Shown piece by piece: positions 1 to 7,282 of a stretch of 10,773 nucleotides of DNA. Every line of letters begins with the position of its first letter. Position 1 is the stretch's first letter. The position numbers and the translations under genes are program-made. This DNA comes from Octopus sinensis (lineage: Eukaryota), in contig NW_021827336.1 in NCBI RefSeq assembly GCF_006345805.1, positions 1 to 10,773 of the forward strand. The letters run 5' to 3'. Below the pieces are notes generated by a model. That model saw nothing but the letters and a program-made list of their open reading frames with translations. It had not been told where the DNA came from and did not search any database.

Positions 1-147
1 ATTATTCTTATATATACCTGTCGGTGAGTATATAAAAGAGACATTTATACAAACCTGTGAATGTGTGCAGGATTATTCAGGTTACAAAAAAAAAATGTTA
101 TTGCGTAGAATCTTATCGATTTAATTTCGGTGGTTTTTATCACCATA

Positions 148-321
148 GGCACAGGCGTGGCTGCGAGGTAAGAAGTTTTTTTTTGCCGACCACATGGTTC
201 CGGGTTCAGTCCCACTCCGTAGCACGTTGGGGAAATGTCTTCTACTATAGCCTCGGGCCGACCCGACCCGACCAAAGCGTTATAAGTGGATAAGGTAGAC
301 GGAAACTGAAAGAAACCTGTC
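148..321 (+). mobile_element. tRNA-derived SINE, 5' part (family A, CORE-like; octopus-type)
   Basis: GGCACAGGCGTGGCTG head (A-box-like), GGTTCAGTCCC B-box-like motif, then CACGTTGGGGAAATGTCTTCTACTATAGCC. It is clearly homologous to 398-501 and ends in a (CA)n tract. Family name is from recall. Confidence 0.8.
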
Positions 322-366
322 ACACACACCACACACACACACACACACACATACACACACACACAT
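321..366. repeat. (CA)n microsatellite
   Basis: Directly visible. Confidence 0.95.
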
Positions 367-397
367 ATATATAGGTATGTATATTTATGAATATATA

Positions 398-501
398 GGC
401 GCAGGTGTGGCTGGGTGAGAAGAAGTTTGCTTGTCATCCACGTGGTTTCGGGTTCAGTCCCACTGCATGGCACCTTAGGCAAGTATCTTCTACTATAGTC
501 T
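398..501 (+). mobile_element. Second 5' head of SINE family A (truncated)
   Basis: GGCGCAGGTGTGGCTG...GGGTTCAGTCCCACTGCATGGCACCTTAGGCAAGTATCTTCTACTATAG aligns with the head of the 148 copy. CCTTAGGCAAGT resembles the CORE-SINE motif CCTTGGGCAAGT. Confidence 0.8.
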
Positions 502-529
502 CTATTAACTCTGAGTGTCTTCTACTCTA

Positions 530-636
530 CTATATATATAATATATATATATATATACACACATACATATATGTATATTCATGTATTTATGTATGTGTGT
601 ATGTATGTATGTATATGTATGTATGTGTATGTGTGT
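530..636. repeat. (TA)n/(TATG)n/(TG)n compound microsatellite
   Basis: Directly visible. Confidence 0.95.
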
Positions 637-813
637 GTTTGTCCCCTTCCACCGCTTGACCACTGGTGTTGGCGCGTTTATGTCCCTGTACCACAGAGGT
701 TCGGCTTAAGAAGCCGCTAAAATAAGCGCCAGGCTTAAAAAATTCATCCCTGGCCTCAATTTATTTGGTTAAAATTCTACATGGTGCTGCCCCAGCATGG
801 CCACAGTCTAATG
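634..813 (+). mobile_element. Probable 3' part of SINE family A, following the internal microsatellite
   Basis: TGTTTGTCCCC...GCTTGAC...GGTTCGGC...GGTGCTGCCCCAGCATGGCCACAGTC resembles the recalled 3' half of this cephalopod SINE. No second copy in the window confirms it. Confidence 0.6.
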
Positions 814-880
814 TTGTCACTTTGAAAACTATATATTTCGAACGGGAATTTGGCAGTGCCACCTCTAGCCGAGCAATTAT

Positions 881-928
881 TCTGTGCTGATGAAGAAGAG
901 AAATAACCCAGAAATACCGATACACAGA
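881..928 (+). ncRNA. Degenerate minimal type I hammerhead ribozyme motif
   Basis: Stem I TCTGTG (881-886)/CACAGA (923-928) is 6 bp. Core CTGATGA 887-893, GAAA 911-914, stem III T-accg-A, cleavage triplet ATA 920-922. Stem II (894-910) is poorly paired. Confidence 0.5.
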
Positions 929-1265
929 TATTGTTTTGAGCTGAGTGGGGATGCTAGATTCCCTTGTCCGAAAACATAAAGACACAGATTGTGTCGTATA
1001 GCTAGCTGGAGACGATGTCTCCAGGGGCTAAATTACAGCAACATTCATCCTAAACCATGACTGCTATGTTATGTTGGCAAAAATTTTTAACCCGGAAATC
1101 GCGATACACAGATATTGATTTGAGTTGAGTGGGGGTGCTAGATTCCCTTCTTCGAAAATATAAGTACATAGGTTATGTTGTATAGCCAGCTGGAGACGAT
1201 GTCTCCTTGGGCTAAATTACAGCAACATTAGTCCTAAACCAGGACTGCCATGTTATTTTGGCAAA
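904..1265. repeat. Diverged tandem duplication, 184-bp period (904-1087 and 1088-1265)
   Basis: TAACCC at 904 and 1088, and GACGATGTCTCC at 1011 and 1195, are both offset by 184. The units align with scattered substitutions. Confidence 0.92.
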
Positions 1266-1679
1266 CAATCGTTACTACAAAGTACTGTTGCTGAATATGT
1301 CATGTTGTGAGATTTTAAAATGGTAATTTTCTAAATCCGTTATTGTTTGGACGCTTGCTGTTCTGCGTGCACCTCAGTAATTATTATCTGTTTGTCAGAC
1401 AGCGGCATGCATCAGCCAATAATCTGCTTCATGATTTCTATAAGCATGAGCTAGTATTCTTGTTACCTTCGTTGAGAAGGGGATAGCTTCGACTGAGGAG
1501 ACGTGCAATAAGGTTGAAACAGCGTGTTATTTCAAAGTCCCTTTACACCAGAGAATCACGTGTGTTATGAACACACATCGTCTAAAGGGTGGAAGTATTC
1601 TTCGCTGACAAAAAATCAACAGCGATCAGCATATTCACGTTCGAATCTGCCAGAATGTATTTTAAAAAATGGATTAATA

Positions 1680-1814
1680 CTCCATTGGTGTTATTCAAGG
1701 GAAAGGCAAAGGCCGATAAAGCAAGAACACATTGCACAGCTCGGTCTGGGAATCGAACTCACTACCTCGTGATTGTGAGCCCGACACTCTAACCATTGAG
1801 TCATGCATCTTCAC
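1680..1814 (-). mobile_element. tRNA-derived SINE, family B (internally deleted or truncated)
   Basis: Minus strand reads GTGAAGATGCATGACTCAATGGTTAGAGTGTCGGGCTCACAATCACGAGGTAGTGAGTTCGATTCCC: A-box-like TGACTCAATGG and B box GAGTTCGATTCCC (1748-1760). The 3' boundary is approximate. Confidence 0.75.
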
Positions 1815-1825
1815 AGGAATTTGGA

Positions 1826-2058
1826 AGGCTGCAAGCTGGCAGAGACGTTAGCATGCCGGGCAAAATTCTTAGCGGTATTTCGTCTGCCGCTACGTTCTGA
1901 GTTCAAGTTCCGCCGAGGTCGACTTTGCCTTTCATCCTTTCGGAGTCGATTAAATAAGTACCAGTTACGCACTGGGGTCGATCTAATCGACTTAATCCGT
2001 TTGTCTGTCCTTGTTTGTCCCCTCTATGTTTAGCCCCTTGTGGGCAATAAAGAAATAA
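1826..2058 (+). mobile_element. Full-length tRNA-derived SINE, family C (Meta/MESC-like central domain), with 9-bp TSD
   Basis: A-box-like TGGCAGAGACG at 1837, B-box-like GAGTTCAAGTTCC 1899-1911, central GTCGACTTTGCCTTTCATCCTTTCGGAGTCGATTAAATAAGTACCAG, and A-rich tail. It is flanked by GAATTTGGA at 1817-1825 and 2059-2067. Confidence 0.88.
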
Positions 2059-2113
2059 GAATTTGGAGTAGATAAAGCTAAAAATAATTGTATAAAATAT
2101 CGGATTAAAAACC

Positions 2114-2156
2114 AAACGTTTCACCCGGCATGCTACAATTCTGACAGCACGCTGCC
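2114..2156 (-). mobile_element. 5' head fragment of SINE family C
   Basis: Reverse complement GGCAGCGTGCTGTCAGAATTGTAGCATGCCGGGTGAAACG aligns with 1827-1866. Confidence 0.65.
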
Positions 2157-2171
2157 TTAAATAATAAGGCC

Positions 2172-2390
2172 AATATTGGTATCAAGGTTTGGCATAAAGC
2201 CAGCAATTTCGGGAAAGTGGCTAAGTCGATTACAACCTGCTCCAATGTTCAACAGGTACTTATTTTATTGCCCCCGAAATGATAAAAAGAAAAGTTAATC
2301 TCGGTAGAATCTGAACTCACAACGTAAGGACGAACGAAATACCACTAAGCATTTTGTCCGGCGTGCTAACGATTCTGCCAGTTCACGGCC
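2172..2390 (-). mobile_element. Diverged SINE family C copy with a different 3' tail
   Basis: Reverse complement GGCCGTGAACTGGCAGAATCGTTAGCACGCCGGACAAAATGCTTAGTGGTATTTCG...GAGTTCAGATTCTACCGAG...AAATAAGTACC aligns with 1827-1995. Confidence 0.85.
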
Positions 2391-2571
2391 ATAAATCATA
2401 AAAACAAAACTGAACACAAATGAGATCAGATTCCATTAGAACCAGTACAAACGCTTGATTCTAACCGTAAACCCATTCTTTGAATGACATCTGCGATACA
2501 TACCAAATTGAACAAAGTTTAACGTTTCAGCGAAAGTCTTATCTTTTTGCATCGTTTAAATATAAATATCA

Positions 2572-2660
2572 CATAGATAACTTATTGATAAAATATAGAC
2601 AATTTATTGATAAATTATTGATAATACATAGACAGTTTATTGATGATTTAGAGATAATTT
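2572..2660. repeat. Degenerate AT-rich minisatellite (TTATTGATAA / TAGACA motifs)
   Basis: TTATTGAT occurs four times and TAGAYA three times. Confidence 0.6.
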
Positions 2661-2726
2661 TTTGCTAATCAATTGGTAATTTGTTGCTATACAAAGAATA
2701 CCAATTAAATAAAGAATAACATTTAT

Positions 2727-3052
2727 GAATGTATGTATATAAGTTTGTGTGTATCCCATTGTGTATGTACGCAAGTATGTGTGAATATACATTTATATAT
2801 TTTGTGTATGTATGTAGTATGTATGTATGTATGTATGTATATAAATATGTACATGTATATACATATATGTATATAAGAATAGAATGTATGCATATACGTA
2901 CGTATTTATAAATATATATATATACATACGAATATATATGAATAATATATATATAAATATATATATATATACATATGAATATATATATATATATATATAC
3001 CCTCAATTGTTGAAATTGATTAATAATTAATTAATTTTACCCTCAATTGTTG

Positions 3053-3089
<37 letters not shown>
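2727..3089. repeat. (TATG)n/(TA)n microsatellite region with an embedded 20-bp direct repeat
   Basis: Directly visible. TACCCTCAATTGTTGAAATT occurs at 2998-3017 and 3038-3057. Confidence 0.9.
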
Positions 3090-3092
<3 letters not shown>

Positions 3093-3673
3093 TTAAAATG
3101 GAATAAAAAAATGATGGTAATTTTTTTTTTAATCGTTGACTCATCGTAGACATTTTTAGAGAGTTACTTCCCTTATATAATAGCGAAAAAATGCATTAAA
3201 ATGGAAAAAATGATGGTAATTTTTTTTTTAAATCGTAGACTCATCGTAGACGCTTTCTTAGCCATTTCTGTTTTGGTGTCTTCAAGCCATGAAGTCGTTG
3301 TTCTAAAAGAACGCTGGTCTCCTTGACAATGCTTTACGACGTTGATTTCCTTACACTCCCTTCCCCACAGCTTCACGAGGGAGGGAAGAAGGGGGAGAAG
3401 CAAACAGGTGCAGGTGTGACCATGGACGCCAACTCCGCCGCCATCGACACACGAAAAAATATGCATTAAAATGGAATAAAAAAATGATGTTAAATTATTT
3501 TTAAAATCGTAGACTCATCGTAAACGCGCGCTAATACCCAGACGGGCTCGATATGAATCACGACTATAAGATACCCGAATTTGGTTAAACTGCACCGCAA
3601 AATGTGGGAGTAGTTAGGAATCTAAATCGAAGGGGGACAGACACTCACACAACTACAGTTTTATATATATAGA
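3088..3673 (-). mobile_element. Possible non-autonomous Helitron-like element (5' portion) with three internal ~62-bp repeats
   Basis: Minus strand begins A|TCTATATATATAAAACTGTAGTTGTGTGAGTGTCTGTC, like the 5'-TC ends of invertebrate Helitron-N elements. There is a subterminal imperfect hairpin at ~3588-3615. Internal repeats ATGCATTAAAATGGAA...GACTCATCGTARAC lie at 3088-3151, 3191-3251 and 3461-3525. No 3' CTRR end or hairpin was found. Confidence 0.45.
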
Positions 3674-3715
3674 TATATAAATATACCTATGAACATATAT
3701 ATGTGAACATAGCTA

Positions 3716-3716
3716 G

Positions 3717-3755
<39 letters not shown>
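3716..3755. repeat. (CTAT)n microsatellite
   Basis: Directly visible. Confidence 0.95.
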
Positions 3756-3837
3756 ATCCACTTAGCTATTTCTCTTTCCCCACATTATTCTACGTGTGTC
3801 TATACACACACATGCATACACACCCGCGCACACGTGT

Positions 3838-3992
3838 ACATACATACATACATACATACATACAGACCACACACACATGCATACATACATACATGCATAC
3901 ATACATACATACATGCATACATACATACCTACATACATACATACATACATACATACATACATACATACATACATACATACATACATACATAC
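3838..3992. repeat. (CATA)n microsatellite
   Basis: Directly visible; it accounts for the HTYI/MYVC ORFs. Confidence 0.95.
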
Positions 3993-4258
3993 AAATATAC
4001 CCGTAGCTATATGCATATATATATTCATATGTGTATACGTACTCTCAAATACATGTGCGTGTGCGTAAAGGTACAGTACATCTTTGTGCACGCATTTACA
4101 CACGCACAAATATGATCTCGAACGTTCTATCCTTATGTGTATATTTATTTACTGTTTTCTCCATAGAGATATACTTGTAGATATACATATGGGCATTTAT
4201 GGTCACATATACATCTGCAAAATACATGCATTCTTGTATACAAAGGTATTGTCACAAT

Positions 4259-4343
4259 CATATATATATATATGTATATACACATACATATATATATGTA
4301 TGTGAGTGTGTGTGGTATGTATATATATATATGTATTATATAT

Positions 4344-4388
<45 letters not shown>

Positions 4389-4601
4389 GCATTTATGTGT
4401 TTACATGTGGAGGTGTAACTACTTGCATGTTAAGATTGCATACGTATATATATATCTCTCTCTGTATATATTTAAATATATATATTTATACATGCACACA
4501 TATATGCATACGTATATCTTTATATATATACGGGTTTGTATATATGTATGTATATATATTTATACATATACATACATGCTACACACACACACACACCACA
4601 C

Positions 4602-4665
<64 letters not shown>

Positions 4666-4673
4666 GTAATATA

Positions 4674-4747
<74 letters not shown>
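4259..4747. repeat. Long interrupted (TA)n microsatellite
   Basis: Directly visible; it accounts for the YIYI ORFs. Confidence 0.95.
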
Positions 4748-4749
<2 letters not shown>

Positions 4750-5250
4750 TAAACATAAAATAAATACAGACTGGACAAGAACATGAAACACCACAGAGAC
4801 GACACCAGAACCACAGACGGGACATTCGAAGCCCTCAGTCATCAGTCAGACCAGATCATCTTAGCAATTTCGGCTGATTAATCTGAGATTGCTCTCATAT
4901 GGCAGCCCGCCAAGGGAAATCTAAGCCAGCGCATTGATCCCCTGGAAGAAAGCTCGAATGTATCCAACGAAGGACGGAAAACGATCGAAGTACACAAACA
5001 AAATACAGAATACGTGACACCAATAAGATACAAAAACGAGCTAAAGACACCTACGTACACATCAGTTGATCTCACGGCATGGTGTAAAAGAAGTGAAGTC
5101 ATCTCAGTACCCTGTGGTTGGTCGTCACATCGAAAATTAGCAGATCTGTCATAGTGAGCCATTGTTAGCCGCCGGCTAAGCTACGCGTAGACTATTTTTA
5201 ATACAAAATAGATTCTTGCAGTCACTCCACATTGGCACATCCAGATTCTT
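4748..5250. other. Complex-sequence block abutting (TA)n; probable interspersed repeat of unknown class
   Basis: Sharp boundary with the (TA)n tract at 4748, higher GC, several short hairpins and no convincing protein. Repeat status is inferred. Confidence 0.35.
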
Positions 5251-5261
5251 CTTCTCAACCG

Positions 5262-5309
<48 letters not shown>

Positions 5310-5629
5310 CCACCATAGTGATGATGGTGATTATGAAGACGGTGATGATGATGCCGATGATGATGGTGATGGCGATTGTAATGATGGTGATGATGAAGAC
5401 GATGTTGAAGATAATGATGAATATGATGATGATGATAGTGATGTTGATAATGATGGTGATATTGGTGATGATGATGATGATTACAATGATGATGGTGGTG
5501 GTGATGGTAGTGGTCATGATGGTGATGATGATGGGCGGTGTTATTGATGATTTTGGTGGTGTTTGTGATTGCTGTTGCTATGATGATGATGATGATGCTG
5601 ATAATGAACATCATCGTCGTCATCATCAT
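5262..5629. repeat. (CAT)n / degenerate (GAT,GGT)n / (CAT)n trinucleotide region
   Basis: (CAT)n 5262-5309, GAT-rich 5318-5600, CAT again 5609-5629. It explains the poly-I/M/H/D ORFs. Confidence 0.95.
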
Positions 5630-5990
5630 CTCCCCCGCATCCCTTCTCCATCGTTCTCCACTTCCTCCTCAATTCCTTCTTTCTCCCCTCCTTTTCTTCC
5701 CCCATCTTACCTTCCTCTTCCTCATCATCTTCACTCTATGCACCATCATCGTCAGCAGAATCCGCTTACTCCTCCTCCTCCCCCAACTCTACCGCCTTCC
5801 TCCACCTCTGCAGCATCCTCCTCCCTCTCTGTACCGCCCTCCTCCTCTTCATCGTCCTTCTTCCCTTCACTACGCTTCTCCGTCCTCTTCTCTCTACCAC
5901 TCCTTCCCCTCTCCACCATCCTCTTCTCCCTCTCAACCGTCTTCCTCCTCCTCCTTCTCCCCGCATTCTCATTCCTTCCTTCCTCTTTTC
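5630..5990. repeat. CT-rich (polypyrimidine) low-complexity tract
   Basis: CCT/TCC/CTT runs are directly visible. Confidence 0.9.
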
Positions 5991-5993
5991 TAC

Positions 5994-6158
5994 TTGGCGG
6001 GTATTTCGACCGTTTTCACGTTCTGAGTTCAAAATTCCTCCGAGATCGGCTTTGCCTTTTAACCTTCGGGTTCGATGGAATACGTATCAGATGGCGATCA
6101 ACAATTCCTCTTCCCGCAAAATTTTCAGGTTTTATGCCAAAAGTAGAAAAGATTATCA
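5994..6158 (+). mobile_element. 5'-truncated, diverged SINE family C copy
   Basis: GGTATTTCG...ACGTTCTGAGTTCAAAATTCCTCCGAGATCGGCTTTGCCTTT aligns with 1874-1932. The tail AAATTTTCAGGTTTTATGCCAAA resembles the tail of the 2172-2390 copy. Confidence 0.8.
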
Positions 6159-6238
6159 TAGATTTCAGGTTTTCATTTTCTAACAGAATTATTCAGTTAA
6201 TTCATAAAAGTTTCGTCGCAAAAAAATAAGATATCACT

Positions 6239-6283
<45 letters not shown>
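6239..6283. repeat. (TA)n microsatellite
   Basis: Directly visible. Confidence 0.95.
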
Positions 6284-6285
<2 letters not shown>

Positions 6286-7071
6286 AATTGAGATAGAAGT
6301 TGTGAGTGCAACCCACCATGGGATAACATATATCCAATATACTGCCAGTAAAGCACCCAATAAAGTTAATACATAAATGTTAAGAATTGCGATGCAATTA
6401 ATTCATTTATTGCATTATATGGGCGAAGGTAAAATGTTTTACCACAAATTCATAATACAAAATAAGAAAATGGAGAAATACACCTTAATCAATAATCAAC
6501 TACCAGATAATACCCAATCACATAATTTATCAACCAACTACATATGAACATCAAGGTCAAACATAATAATACAGAGCAAAACAATGCACATCAATGGATA
6601 ATATGATACAATAAGTACAATATGTATAAATAAATATAAATAAATATAAATATAAATATAAACTACATCTTACAGCTGTTTCAGCCATGTAGATATGAGT
6701 ATCTCATTATGCTCATATTAGCCAGGTGTGATAAGTTAATATGTGGTTATAAATGAGACACTTACAAATATATCCCAAGGCCTCTTCAGAGATTATAAAG
6801 TACAATCTAAATATGAATATCAGAGAAGGTACACCCGTACAAGAATTGGTACATACACATAATATATAATATACACATACGTATAAGTGTATATACTCAT
6901 GCTCCTATGTATATATACACATATATACATAATAATATATAATAATATACATACATATATATAAGGTTACAGTTAGTCAAATCAATATATTAGAATATTA
7001 CAATATACAAACATACACATATCTATATGCAAATGTACATATACAAATGTACTATACAAAATCAAGAGTTC
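6284..7071 (-). mobile_element. Probable PLE pseudo-LTR / 3' UTR segment carrying a hammerhead ribozyme
   Basis: Non-coding, T-rich on the minus strand and bounded by (TA)n on both sides. It holds a minus-strand hammerhead co-oriented with the adjacent PLE ORF. Confidence 0.6.
6667..6793 (-). ncRNA. Type I hammerhead ribozyme with extended stem II
   Basis: Minus strand reads ATCT (6793-6790) CTGAAGA (6789-6783) GGCC-[92 nt]-GGCT GAAA (6682-6679) C-AGCT-G TA^AGAT (6670-6667). All core nucleotides are present, stem I is 4 bp, stem II has a 4-bp base, and stem III is the palindrome CAGCTG. Cleavage triplet is GUA. Confidence 0.75.
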
Positions 7072-7090
7072 ATATATATATATATTATAT

Positions 7091-7136
<46 letters not shown>

Positions 7137-7166
7137 TATATATATCATATTATATATTATATATAT
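7072..7166. repeat. Interrupted (TA)n microsatellite
   Basis: Directly visible. Confidence 0.95.
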
Positions 7167-7282
7167 ACACATACACATATACACGCACATATAGGAACCG
7201 GGTGGGAGGAAATTGCATGGGGGAGTTGGTATAAGACCTAAGCATTGTAGTATTTGAAAGTATTAATAAGTTTATGTATACA
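7167..7282 (-). repeat. Left arm of inverted repeat (ORF end plus start of 3' UTR)
   Basis: Reverse complement of 9881-10026, apart from one substitution and a 30-bp indel. Confidence 0.95.

Noticed and set aside
1740-1814. tRNA gene on the minus strand
   Set aside because: A and B boxes are present, but there is no good acceptor or anticodon stem and it continues into SINE body.
45-2124. Short ORFs over the SINE region
   Set aside because: They overlap SINEs and microsatellites and show no recognisable protein motifs.
3088-3525. Repeat-spacer pattern resembling a CRISPR array
   Set aside because: Repeats are ~62 bp, spacers are very unequal (~39 and ~209 bp), the context is eukaryotic and there are no cas genes.
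2665-4842. Many YIYI/MYVC/HTYI ORFs
   Set aside because: Microsatellite reading frames that lack stops by composition.
4815-4895. Minus-strand CTGATGA...GAAT...GTC and CCGAAATTGCT as a hammerhead or HDV-like ribozyme
   Set aside because: GAAT replaces GAAA and stems I and II do not pair. AGCAAT/ATTGCT encloses too few bases for an HDV double pseudoknot.
5216-6229. 337-aa ORF and overlapping poly-His/Asp/Met/Ile ORFs
   Set aside because: They are translations of (CAT)/(GAT) and CT-rich repeats running into a SINE, with no domain signal.
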